Source of the DNA: Caloramator sp. mosi_1
GTDB taxonomy: Bacteria; Bacillota; Clostridia; Clostridiales; Caloramatoraceae
Length of the DNA stretch: 64,000 nucleotides
Direction of reading: 5' to 3'
Assembly (NCBI RefSeq): GCF_028622835.1
Contig: NZ_CP117677.1
Coordinates: forward strand, 1,658,820-1,722,819
The position numbers and the translations under genes were made by a program. Under the pieces are notes generated by a model. The model ran no database searches, was not told the origin of the DNA, and worked only from the letters and a program-made list of their open reading frames with translations. Shown piece after piece: positions 47,367 to 58,028 of this stretch; the stretch's first letter is position 1; each line of letters starts with the position of its first letter.

Positions 47367-48256
47367 TTTAATATTAGTTTCGTATTTTTTATTTGATTTA
47401 ATAATACTTAATAAAGAAATCATAGCATATATTCTTTTGTTTGTTATTTCACCTTTTATTCCTAAATCGGATTTTCTATTATATATATTTATATTTTTAA
47501 ATACTATTACTTTAGCAAAGTTTTACTTGAAATCAAAAATGAAGGAAGAAATTTATATAACATCTTTAGATAATGAAAGAAAATTAAGATATGAATTGGA
47601 ATTTTTAAAGAGAAAACTATTTGATTCTTTAGAAAAAACAGAAGAGTTATCAATTATTAGAGAAAGAGATAGAATATCAAGAGAGCTTCACGATTCATTA
47701 GGACATAAAATTACGGGTATATTATTTCAATTGCAGGCGTGTCTAAAACTTATCGATAAAGATAAAGAAAGATCAATTGAATTACTTGAAAGTTCTATAA
47801 AAGAACTTTCAGATACATTGAAACTTATTAGAGAAACAGTTCATAAATTAAAGCCTAAAAATGTTTATGACATAGAGTTTATAAAAAAATTATTGACAAT
47901 TTCAAGTATTGCAAAACAAATTTTAAATATAGTGGGGATTTAAACAAAATTACATCATTGCATTATGAGTTTTTAATTAATACTATAAAGGAATTATTAA
48001 CAAATGCGTATAAGTATTCATTTGCATCAGAAATTGATATAGAGTTTACAATATATGATAGTTTTTTAGATTATATTTTAAGGATAATGGAATAGGATGT
48101 AAACAGATAAAAGAAGGAATGGGCTTAAATTCCATTCGATATAGAGTATATAATTTTAATGGAAGGATAGAGGTGGATGGTGAAGATGGTTTTATGGTTT
48201 TAATATTAATTCCATTAAAAGGTGGGGATATATTTGAAGGTATTAATAGTAGATGA
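47353..48256 (+). CDS. Intramembrane-sensing histidine kinase (HisKA_3/NarL-partner type), frameshifted; the 5' end of the ORF runs into the IS1380-like IR
   Basis: Two TM helices, 'RERDRISRELHDSLGHKITGI' (HisKA_3) and an HATPase_c C-terminus 'GMGLNSIRYRVYNFNGRIEV'. Confidence 0.75.
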
Positions 48257-48874
48257 TGAAGCGTTAATTAGAGATAGTCTAAAACTTATTTTAGGGTTAG
48301 AGGAAGATATTGAAATTGTAGGAACAGCAAAGAATGGACAAGAGGCAATTGAAATATGTAAAAAACAAAATGTAGATGTTGTTTTAATGGATATTAGAAT
48401 GCCAGTTATGGACGGGGTGTTGGCTACAAAATATATAAAAGATATAAATAGGAATATAAAAATAATAATTTTAACAACATTTAGGGATGATGAATTTATT
48501 GAACAAGCAATGAAAAATGGAGCTGAAGGATATATATTAAAAACTCAATCGACTGATAGCATAATAGATACAATTAAAATGGTTTATAAAGGTGTTGCAG
48601 TATTTGAAGGAGAAGTTTTAAAGAGTATATCTAATATGTTAAAAGGGAAAGGAAGATGAGTTATAAGGATTTTAATATAACTGAGAGAGAATATGAAATT
48701 ATAAAACTTGTTGGAGGCGGATTATCAAACAAAGAAATAGCATCAAAGCTGTTTTTAAGTGAAGGAACTGTTAGAAATTATATAACAGGACTTTTAGATA
48801 AGCTAAATTTAAGAGATAGAACACAATTGGCAATTTTTTACTTAGAAAATTGTAATTCTAACGAAAAAGAGTAA
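48234..48874 (+). CDS. NarL/LuxR-family response regulator (REC plus HTH), one shift near 48655
   Basis: 'VLIVDDEALIRDSL', 'DVVLMDIRMPVMDG' and the HTH 'LSNKEIASKLFLSEGTVRNYI'. Confidence 0.85.
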
Positions 48875-49027
48875 TTTATTTAAACTACTACTGAAATTAA
48901 TATTAAAATTTATTAGTTTTTAAAGAGGTTAGTACTAAATAGATTATTCATAATGATACTATGATAAAAGTGCTAAGAAAATGAATTTTACTTAGCACTT
49001 TTTATCATAGATGATTAATATTAACAA

Positions 49028-49969
49028 TCTATATAGAAGTAGTTTTCTTAATTGCACGTTTATATGTTGGATTATAATCAGTCCAAACATCGGTTCCTGC
49101 ATCTCTTTCAATTGCAAGATGGAAGGCGTTGATTTCTGCACTTGCTTTATCGGCATTGTGGACAGCTATTGCTTCAAGTGTCATAGGCAACACAGGTGAA
49201 CCCATTTCAAGTGTTCCGTGATGAGAAAGTATACAATGTTCAAGTTCATATCTTAATGATTGAGGAAAATCAGGAATTTTTGATATAAAGCTATTTAATA
49301 TTTCAACTCCAATATTAATATGTCCTATAAGTTTTCCTCTTGTTGTATATTTATTTTCTGGGAAGTCAGAAAGCTCAATTATTTTTCCTATATCGTGAAG
49401 TAGTGCAGAGGCTACTGCGATATCATAGTTGACATATGGAAAAATATGTGTAAAATTAATTACAATTCTTGCTACTTCAAGTGTATGTTGTGCAAGACCT
49501 CCTATGTATGCGTGATGTATTTCTGCTCCTGCAGCTTTTTTAAAAAATTTGTTTTAATATTATCATTTGAGAATATATTATTTAATAATTGCTTTATTTT
49601 TTCATTTTGTATAGTTTCAATTATATTAAATAGTTCTTTTTCCATTTGTTCGCTGTTTAGATAGCAAGAGGGTATAACTTTATTTATAAGTTCTTGGCTT
49701 GGATTTTCAATTTTTTCGATTTTATTAATATGTATTTGAAGAGTACCTTTGAAATCCTTAGCAACTCCTGAAATATAGGCAAAGCAACCAGGTATTATTC
49801 TTTCTGCAATATCAGGATTATCATTCCATATTTTTGCATCATAGTTTTTTATGCCTGAGCTTATTTGTAGATGGTAGTATCCTTTATCGTTTTGACCTAC
49901 TTTCTTTTCAATTTTCCTTACTACAACAGGTTGATTTTCTATTTTTTCATTTGGAAATAAATTTTGCAT
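49028..49969 (-). CDS. yhaM: 3'-5' exoribonuclease YhaM (OB-fold plus HD domain), one shift near 49500
   Basis: N-terminal OB-fold region; HD-domain 'HHAYIGGLAQHTLEV...LHDIGKI...HHGTLEMGSPV'. Confidence 0.8.
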
Positions 49970-50041
49970 AAAATCACCTCGTTAATATTATACATTAAAT
50001 TTATAAACTTTACACACAAATATTATGATGGAGGGATAAAA

Positions 50042-50461
50042 ATGGAAAAAACATTAGTTTTAATTAAACCCGACGGGGTAGAGAGAGGGCTTGTTGGAGA
50101 AATAATAAAAAGATACGAAATGAAGGGACTAAAAATAAGAAATATAAAGTCGGTTGTTCCTACAAGAGAATTAGCAGAAAAACACTATGAAGAACATAAG
50201 GGTAAAGAATTTTTTGAAGAACTTATAAAATATTTAACTTCAGGGATGGTAATAGCAATGATATTAGAGGGAGAGAATGCAATAAAGTGTGTAAGAAATA
50301 TAAATGGTGCGACAAAATATCAAGATGCACTACCAGGGACAATAAGAGGTGACTTTGCATATAAAGATACCTACAATCTTGTCCACGCCTCTGATTGCAG
50401 TGACTCTGCAGAAAGAGAAATAAACCTTTGGTTTAAAGAGTGCCACCCAGGTGAAAAGTGA
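50042..50461 (+). CDS. ndk: Nucleoside diphosphate kinase
   Basis: 'EKTLVLIKPDGVERGLVGEII' and 'NLVHASD' (active-site His region). Confidence 0.9.
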   Translation: MEKTLVLIKPDGVERGLVGEIIKRYEMKGLKIRNIKSVVPTRELAEKHYEEHKGKEFFEELIKYLTSGMVIAMILEGENAIKCVRNINGATKYQDALPGTIRGDFAYKDTYNLVHASDCSDSAEREINLWFKECHPGEK

Positions 50462-50480
50462 AATGAACCATAATATGGAA

Positions 50481-50506
50481 AAAGCCTTAGCATATGCTAA
50501 GGCTTT
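50481..50506. terminator. Bidirectional intrinsic terminator shared by ndk (+) and tRNA-Pro (-)
   Basis: 'aaagccttagc atat gctaaggctttt'. Confidence 0.7.
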
Positions 50507-50582
50507 TGGTCTGGGTGACTGGACTTGAACCAGCGACCTCAAGAACCCCATTCTTGCGCGCTACCATCTGCGCCACACCCAG
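50507..50582 (-). tRNA. tRNA-Pro (anticodon GGG)
   Basis: Minus-strand 76-nt cloverleaf ends in CCA; 7-bp acceptor stem CTGGGTG/CACCCAG; D-stem GCGC; anticodon stem CAAGA/TCTTG with loop AT-GGG-GT; T-arm GCTGG-TTCAAGT-CCAGT. Confidence 0.8.
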
Positions 50583-50846
50583 ATATATTTGACACATATA
50601 TTATAAAACTAATTTTAAAATAAATCAATACCAATTAGTATAAAGTTTGTTACAATAGAGGTAATCTATTTATATATTTATTGTTTATTATTGATATTTA
50701 TACCTAATTTAAAAATTACTCATAAAATTTCAATCTCTTTTATAGTTTTTTAAGTATGCTTTTTAACTTTTGATTTTATTAAATTTTTGAAATTTAAGTT
50801 GTATTTTATATATTAGGATAGTATAATTATATTGAAGATAAATAAA

Positions 50847-50958
50847 GCAGACGCTGGGGAGCCTTAGGCTGAGAGGAAGGCAAGACCTTCGACCCTTAGA
50901 ACCTGAACTGGGTAATGCCAGCGAAGGGAAGCGGAAAAAGTACTCCTTTTTGCGTCTG
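50847..50958 (+). promoter_or_regulatory. TPP (THI-box) riboswitch controlling thiT; RBS-sequestering helix at 50942..50972
   Basis: P1 'cagacgc/gcgtctg'; conserved 'ctggggagcc', 'gctgagag', 'acccttagaacctgaactgggtaatgccagcgaagggaa'; 'actccttttt' can pair with the RBS 'aaaaaggagg'. Confidence 0.85.
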
Positions 50959-50979
50959 TATAAAAAAGGAGGTTTTTTT

Positions 50980-51610
50980 ATGCAATTTTGAAGGACTTTT
51001 AAAAATTAAGCCCTATGTATGGGCAATACTTGGTGTTTTACTAATCATATCCATTGTATCTATTTATTTAAACAAATCTAAAGAGGATAAAAAGTTTGAC
51101 ACAAGAAAAATTACAACAGCAAGTCTATGCATAGCTCTTTCCTTTGTACTATCTTATATTACAATATTTAAACTTCCACAGGGTGGTTCTATAACATTAG
51201 GAAGTATGATTCCTATTTTTATATTTGCATATATCTATGGGGTAAAGGATGGAATAATTGTAGGTGCAGTGTACGGAATACTCCAATTTATTCAAGAGCC
51301 TTATATCGTTCATTGGGCACAAGTTTTAATAGATTATCCTCTTGCCTTTGGTGCGTTAGGACTTGCTGGATTGTTAAGAAAAAATATGCCTGTTGGTATG
51401 TTGATAGGAGGAGTTGGAAGGCTGTTTTTCCACGTTATTTCAGGTGTTATATTCTTTGGGTCCTATGCACCAGAAGGGCAAAATGTTTTAGTATATTCTT
51501 TGGTATATAATTCAACTTATTTATTACCAGATCTTATATTATGTGTTGTTGTAGGGTTTATACCTCAGTTTAAAAATGCTGTAAAAAGGTTAGTAGTAGA
51601 AAGAAGTTGA
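50980..51610 (+). CDS. thiT: Thiamine transporter ThiT (ECF S-component); start/frame at the 5' end uncertain (ATG at 50980 is out of frame by 1 nt with the long ORF)
   Basis: 'FKLPQGGSITLGSMIPIFIFAY' and 'HVISGVIFFGSYAPEG...VYSLVYNSTYLLPD' match YuaJ/ThiT; follows the TPP riboswitch. Confidence 0.75.
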
Positions 51611-51640
51611 GCCGTGAACAATATTGTTCACGGCCTTTTA
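51611..51640. terminator. Bidirectional terminator between the convergent thiT and HprK-like genes
   Basis: 'gccgtgaaca atat tgttcacggc ctttta'. Confidence 0.7.
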
Positions 51641-51664
51641 TGTTAATTGTATGAAGGGGATAAC

Positions 51665-52805
51665 TTATATAGTATTTATTAACTCAAACAAAGCTTTTGC
51701 TGCAAGGGCTGGTCCTTCTTTTTCTAAGCCCTTTATACCAAGCTGAGTTTTTATTTGACCAACCTTGATTCCTTTGTTAAACAGCTCTTTAAAATATATA
51801 TTTATTAATTCATCCGACCTACCTTGCCATTGAAGGGGACCAAAGGGGTTAGCAAAATATGAAGATACAAGACCTACTTCATTAGTGGTTCCCTTTGCAA
51901 GCCTTTTTCCGGATTTAAATACATCTATTGCCTTTTCAACATCTGTAAATATTTCAATTGAATTGTCATCTTCAACCTTATCGTAATTATTAGCATATAG
52001 GAATAGATCTACCTTATGGCCTTTTACTATTTCCTTATAACTTGATACGGGTATTATGAGTCTGGCATTTGTTTTATCAGGGTTCATAAATATACTTCTA
52101 TCAATTTCTTTGAAGGCATAGCCTTGATCAAGGTCATCTAATCTTACAAAGGCCCCTATTTCAGTACCATATGCCAGAATATCATTTTCCTTTAATCGTA
52201 TTGTTCCCATATCGTCAAATATTATCGAAAGTTCACTTACATAGTTTGCCTTAAGGTTTCTAATAGCTTCAAGAGTTTCAGATTTACCAGCACCACTATC
52301 CCCAATAAGAATAACATTGGCTTGCTTTCCATTTTTCAATGTAATATTAGCCATTGCTCCGTGGAGAGGTAGATATCCCCTCTTTAGCATTATTAAATTA
52401 TGAAGTGTTAAGGTCATTTTTTCATATAACCAAAATAATCTATTTCATCGCTGTAGGAAACTAAACCAAGCATTATATCATTTTCTTCATCATTGAAAAA
52501 CACAGTTTTTGTTTCGCTGCAATTACATCTTGCACCAAAGACATATATTATATCAGGTTTCTTTCCTTGGTATTCTTCTTTTTGGCTATTTCAAACAAGT
52601 TACAAAGAGAAATACCGTGAGACATAAAGTCTCTATGAAAATAGATATAGGCTAATAAATCCCCAACTTTTGCAGGAAAGCAAAACCAGTGCCTTGTTGT
52701 TATTTTGCAATTATTTAATGGATTTTCAAATACTTCATTAAATGTTCCTTCTCGCTTGTTCTTTTTGGATATACAATGAAGGGGGATCAAGCAAGATATT
52801 TTCAA
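51665..52805 (-). CDS. HPr-kinase C-domain-like P-loop protein (not canonical HprK), ~385 aa after joining three pieces (two A-run deletions at ~52425 and ~52555)
   Basis: 'LPLHGAMANITLKNGKQANVILIGDSGAGKSETLEAI' aligns to the HprK Walker A region '[30 protein letters not shown]'; N-terminal ~130 aa unrelated to HprK; no RBS before the TTG start at 52805. Confidence 0.6.
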
Positions 52806-53035
52806 TAAATGGAATATTTTTTAGTGGCTCATACAGAGGGGAATTTTCCAGTCATTATTGCTTAAAACAAGGCCTGCGTTGCCTCCTGCGGGGAGTTGTC
52901 TATATACATTTGGGGTTATTTGCAATATATTTTCTTCTACCTTTCTGTATAGTGAAAGAATTAAATTAGAAAATTCTTGGTTTGCTTCAATAAAACGTGT
53001 CTTTTCAAGACCTTCAGTTATTTTGTTGTTAAATA

Positions 53036-54513
53036 GGCTCTTTGTCAATAGTTGGGGCGGGCATTAGATTAGAATGCCTGTCCTTTCTTATTTGATAATG
53101 ATTTTAGCAAGATAGATAGGATGAGGGGAGTTTACCCTTAAAAAATTGCACGACAAAAAGACCAACGATAGTTGGATTTCCTAAAATACAATATTTAACA
53201 GATTATTTATTACAACAATGAAGAATTCTATTCCTGAATCTATCAAAATTTCTATAGCCGAAGGCTATTCTTTTAATAACTTTGATTTTATTATTAAATC
53301 CTTCTATACAAGCATTTGTATAAGGAATATCAAAAGAATTACAAATCTCATTAAAATATCTGATATAGGTATTTGCACATCTTTTCAATTCATTGATACC
53401 ACTATTTTGTGCAAGTTTAATCCAATCTTTTAAGAGGACACGAGCTTCGTTAGAAGAAGGTGAAGCATCAATAATACTCAATAACTTTTCCTTTAAAGTG
53501 TGGGCAATTGCTAATTCACTATTATAAGAAAACATAACTTGTAAAGCTAACTTTGAATCTGTATCAAGTAAGCCATATCTTTTTAAAATAAGCTTTTTAC
53601 TTCTTTTAAAGTATTTTCTTAATTTAATTGATAGTTCTCTTTGGATACGTTTTCTTACCGCTTCTACTGCCCATATGACTTGTCTAATATAGTGAAATTT
53701 ATCTATAACAATTACAGCATTTTTGAAATAAGTTTTAGCTAAATCAATATAGGGTTGCCACATATCACAAATAAAGTGTGTAACGCTATCGCGATTTTTA
53801 ATTTTTCTAAAATAATCTATAAGAATATGCTCTTTTCTATCTTTAATAATGTCTAGTATTTTATGATTAACAGGATCGACTATTGCACAATGATATTTAG
53901 AACCACCAGAGTTACCTTTAAATTCATCTATAGATATTATTTTAGGTAAATTAGTAGGAGAAGAGTAAGATACATTATCAAAAATACGTTTTATAGTATC
54001 GATAGATAGATTAGTTTTTCTAGCAACTGATGTCATACTATATTCATTAGATAATTCATAAATTACAAACATAGCTAATCTATTAGTTATTCTATGATAA
54101 CGAGGTAAAAATTCTATATGTTCATAAAATTTTTTGCCGCAGGCATTACAACGATATCTACGTTTTTTAAGAATGATAAAAGTATGTTTAAAGAATAAGG
54201 GTATGTCTTTAATACGCTGAATTCTATAATCGTGAACTCTTGTAACTTTGGAATTACAATTAGGGCAAGTACAAATTTTTTCTTAGTTTCTAAGTATATC
54301 TCAATGTACGTGTCATTATGAATAATCTTTTTATAATAACATCTTTAAAACCTAATAAATTTTTGATAGAATTATTAGTGTGCACTTGATGGATGCCTCC
54401 TTTCAGGTAAGGTTTTTGTTTGGTTATTTTAATTTTACCAGGTGTCTAATCAGGTGCACATATTTTTTGTAAAAAATATGCTGGGTCTACGCCCCAACAT
54501 TTATTATAGAACC
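53036..54513 (-). mobile_element. ISL3-family insertion sequence, copy B, with 8-bp TSD GTTAAATA (53028..53035 and 54514..54521)
   Basis: Identical to copy A except for a G-run (+1) and a T-run (+1); perfect TSD. Confidence 0.9.
53203..54385 (-). CDS. ISL3-family transposase (copy B; needs two 1-nt A-run corrections)
   Basis: Same as copy A; here 'NACGKKFYEHIEFLPRYHRITN' is in frame (6 T on the + strand where copy A has 5). Confidence 0.85.
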
Positions 54514-55005
54514 GTTAAATATTAATGTATATCTTTCAATTTTACGCCAGTATCTATACAAGTCCTCTACAAAATCAATTAGTTCTTCTTTTGAATTTGA
54601 AAATACGCAGTATTTTTCATTTATTTTTATTATTTCATCAAGATTTAAAATAGAAAGTAACTTAAATAATGATATAATTTCTTTATTCATAATTGCGAGG
54701 TCGTCGGTATATAGTTTGCTTGATAGAAATCTATATACTTTTGTATTTGAATTTTTAGATTTTGAAAGATAAGTTGATAAAACCTTCTCAAATCCTTCGC
54801 TATCAAGCACCTTTTCGTAGGAGTCGCAGTAGTAGGAAGAAAAGTTTATCATTGCTTTGTTGTTGCTTAATGAAAATGCTTTGTACATAATAGACCTCCT
54901 TGAAAGTTTCCAAAACAAATCTTGCAATTATTATACAATTATTCTGTGGTGCTTGTCAACGATTTAAAGTATTTTATTTTGATTTATATAGATTTATAAT
55001 TTCAT

Positions 55006-55368
55006 TTACGTATTTTTTAGATTGGTACGCAGATTTTGGGATATACCTATATTTATGCTAATGGAATCAATTTGGATACCAAATAGTGTAATCTTTGTAT
55101 TTTTGTAAAACATTATATCGTGATGAAATTTATAGGGAGGGTTAAATTCAAAATTAGGGATTATAATAGTACTTCCAGGGTGTAGATTAAAATCAACTGC
55201 ATCAACTATAATTATGTCATTATATTTATTTAAAATATCATTTATAAGGGAAGTGTCTGTTTCGCAAATTATACAATTTATTCCCTTTTTCTTCAGAATA
55301 TGTCCAAGTACAATACCTATTCCATCATCACCCATTAAAATATTACCTATGCACAAAATGGTTTTCAT
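55006..55368 (-). CDS. [NiFe] hydrogenase maturation endopeptidase (HyaD/HycI family)
   Basis: 'ILCIGNILMGDDGIGIVLG' and '...IIVDAVDF' protease motifs; directly downstream of the large subunit. Confidence 0.8.
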   Translation of the reverse strand: MKTILCIGNILMGDDGIGIVLGHILKKKGINCIICETDTSLINDILNKYNDIIIVDAVDFNLHPGSTIIIPNFEFNPPYKFHHDIMFYKNTKITLFGIQIDSISINIGISQNLRTNLKNT

Positions 55369-56640
55369 TTAAAAGGACTCCATCTTTACTTACTAAGTGG
55401 GTTGCACAGGATACACAGGGGTCAAAGGAATGAACAGTTCTTATAATCTCTATTGGGTTAGATGTATCTTCTATGTAAGTTCCTATTAGAGCCTTTTCAA
55501 GGGGGCCTTTAATACCATCATATGTAGGAGATAGGTTAAATGCTGATGGTGTTATTATATTGTATTGAAGGATTTTTTTATTTTTTATTTCTACTTTGTG
55601 GTATAGTGCTCCCCTTATGGTGTCAGTAATACCTATTCCAGTTCCATCTAAAATATCTTTGGCTATTGAGTTTTTATTCATAACTGCTTCCTTTAGCATT
55701 TCCTTTACTTTTTCTGCAATTAAATTTGTTTCAAAAACCCTTGCTCTAATTCTGCTCATTGTAGAACTTTTAATCCAACCCTCATTTATAGAGTTTCTTG
55801 CAAGTGGACCTGTTTCTACAGGAAGGTTTAAATATCTTGGTGCTTTTATAAAGGAGATGTCATCTAAAACTTCATATTCTTTTATATCATTTAAGTTTAA
55901 TTCTTTGTATTCTTTATTAATAAAACTTCCTTTTTGCAAAGAGTAAATTCAGCAGTATCATCGAAAAGGCCAAAGCTTAAATAGTTTCCGCCTGAATCAC
56001 CGATATTATAGTAGTCATTATAATATTTTTCTATAATAAAATAGTCCTCTAACATAGTTTTACAGAATTCTAAAATTTCATCTGCTATTTCAACTGCTTT
56101 GGAATATTCATAGGGATTAATTTTTGTTGTAATACCTCCAAAGACAATTCCGTGATTATGAGGAGCTTTACCACCAAAAATACTTAATCCCTGATGAGCT
56201 AATGTTGAATAGTACAAGGATTTTATATAGTTATTTCCAATTTTAATCTCTAAATCCCTTGGAATTCTACTTTTAAAGTTTTCAGTTTCAACATTTACAA
56301 AGTCTGGAACGGAAAATAAATAAAATTGTCTAATATGATTTTGTAATATATCAAACCCGTGGATGATGTTTCTAATAATACTTGAGTTATAATCAATATC
56401 AAGGTTAGAACAATCCTCAAGAGCTCTGCTTGAAGCAATGCTGTGAGCAGAAGAACAAATACCACATATTCTTTGGGTCAAATAAACTGCATCTTGAGGA
56501 TGTCTATCTAAAAGTAATTTTTCAAAACCTCTAAACATTGTTCCTTTACATTGGGCATCAACTACAGTATTATTTTCTACCTTAACTATAATAGTTAAAA
56601 AACCACTTATTCTGGTTATTGGACTTAAAACTATTTCCAT
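55343..56640 (-). CDS. [NiFe] hydrogenase large subunit (one shift near 55935)
   Basis: N-terminal 'RICGICSSAH' (RxCGxC) and C-terminal 'DPCVSCATH' followed by a cleavable extension. Confidence 0.9.
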
Positions 56641-57419
56641 TTAAACTTCATCCTCCTTAAACAGCGTATAGTTTGGGAAATCCTTTGAAGAACATCCAAT
56701 ACAAGGTGAGTTTACTCCTATAGGCCATTTTATATAACCATTCCATCTTGTATAGGGACAAGGTGCCTTTGTTGAAGGTCCAACGCAACCAATTTTTAAA
56801 TAGCAGCCTATATCTCCAACCTTTTTAGCAAAAATATTTCTTTCAAAAATGTCCTTCTTTCACAAAAGTCGTGGATTGTATTTGCATATAGATATAGAGG
56901 TCTTCCTATAGGGTCTAATTCTATCTCTTTTTCTTCAATAAGGTTTAATAAAAGAGATGCCATCCAATTACCTGAAACAGGACAACCAGGCATTTTTATT
57001 ATTTTTTATTGGGTATAACTTCGCTTAAGGCCTTTGATTCAGATACATTAGGGTATGATGCAGAAATCCCTCCAAAACAGGAACAAGTACCTGCTGAAAC
57101 AATAAATTTAGCATTTTCAGATGCTGCTTTTACTGCTTCGAGTGCAGTTATATATCTATCCTTGTAGTAACCAATTATGTTGTATTTTCCATTATCCCTT
57201 GTAGAAATAGCACCCTCTACAACAAGAATATATTCACTATTTTCTATAGTGTAAAAAATGCACCCATTGCCTTTGTACCAAAGGGATACATTTCACTGTT
57301 GCTGAAGGTTATATTAATCTTTTGTTTTATAAATTCGAAGGAGGGATTTTCGCTGTTTAAAAACGATATAATGTTTCCTGAGCAACCATTAGTTTCAAGC
57401 CAAATAAGGTTCATTTTTA
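56641..57419 (-). CDS. [NiFe] hydrogenase small subunit, cytoplasmic type (no Tat signal), two shifts
   Basis: 'LIWLETNGCSGNIISFLN', 'MPGCPVSGNW' and the distal-cluster region 'GCVGPSTKAPCPYTRWNG...SPCIGCSSKDFP'; its stop abuts the large-subunit ATG (TAAATG). Confidence 0.8.
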
Positions 57420-57527
57420 CTCTCCTTTTTAGATTTCTAATAGATTTTATGAATTATAGAAGTAAATATATTCAAGGTATAGTAAAAACTTTGTGAGAAA
57501 AAATAAATTATAGGAAGGAGTGATACT

Positions 57528-58028
57528 ATGGATGAAATATTCAAAAGAAGAAGCATAAGAAAATATCAATCGAAGCCTGTTGAGAAGGAAAAGATTGATG
57601 ATCTTTTACACGCAGCAATGGCAGCACCATCAGCAGGAAATGAACAGCCTTGGCATTACATAGTTATAGATGACAGGAATATATTAAACAATATTGCAAA
57701 TACTCATCCTCACGCTGCAATGTTAAAGGAGGCACCGGTTGCAATACTTACCTGTGCTGATTTAACAAAGGAAAAATATGAGGGTTTTTGGGTACAAGAT
57801 TTATCGGCATCTACTCAAAATATTCTTTTAGAAGCCGTAAGTCTTGGACTTGGAACAGTATGGATAGGCGTATATCCAAATGAAACCAGAGTTAATGAAA
57901 TTGTAAAGATGTTTGGATTACCATCTAATATAATTCCATTTTCGATAGTTGCAGTAGGATATCCAGATGAGTATAAGGATGAAACAGATAGATATGATGC
58001 AAATAGAGTACATTATAATAAATGGTGA
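57528..58028 (+). CDS. Nitroreductase-family protein
   Basis: 'FKRRSIRKYQSKPVEKEKIDDLLHAAMAAPSAGNEQPW'. Confidence 0.85.
   Translation: MDEIFKRRSIRKYQSKPVEKEKIDDLLHAAMAAPSAGNEQPWHYIVIDDRNILNNIANTHPHAAMLKEAPVAILTCADLTKEKYEGFWVQDLSASTQNILLEAVSLGLGTVWIGVYPNETRVNEIVKMFGLPSNIIPFSIVAVGYPDEYKDETDRYDANRVHYNKW

Larger units (their letters stand above)
52821..54888 (-). pseudogene. 192-codon gene of unknown function interrupted by ISL3 copy B (N-terminal part 54888..54522, C-terminal part 53027..52821)
   Basis: Removing the IS plus one TSD copy joins '...RKIERYTLIFN' to 'NKITEGLEKTRFIE...' in frame; sigma-A promoter TTGACA-N17/18-TATAAT and RBS aaggagg precede the ATG at 54888. Confidence 0.7.

Noticed and set aside
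49011-49199. Plus-strand 62-aa ORF
   Set aside because: It lies entirely antisense within the 3' part of yhaM (HD-domain region), so it is a shadow ORF.
51313-51510. Alternative-frame 65-aa ORF inside thiT
   Set aside because: It overlaps the conserved ThiT frame in the same orientation and is an artefact of a codon-biased frame.
4437-54513. The motif 'atgctgggg(c/t)...gccccaacat' recurs at 4437, 10855, 20828 and 54479, which could be mistaken for CRISPR repeats
   Set aside because: Copies are 6-34 kb apart with no regular spacing. Each is the terminal inverted repeat or hairpin of an ISL3 element or its remnant.
54888-54927. An in-frame upstream extension 'MQDLFWKLSRRSI' of the IS-interrupted gene, as in the ORF track
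   Set aside because: A consensus RBS (aaggagg) and sigma-A promoter sit inside that extension, so the ATG at 54888 (MYKAFS...) is the likely start.
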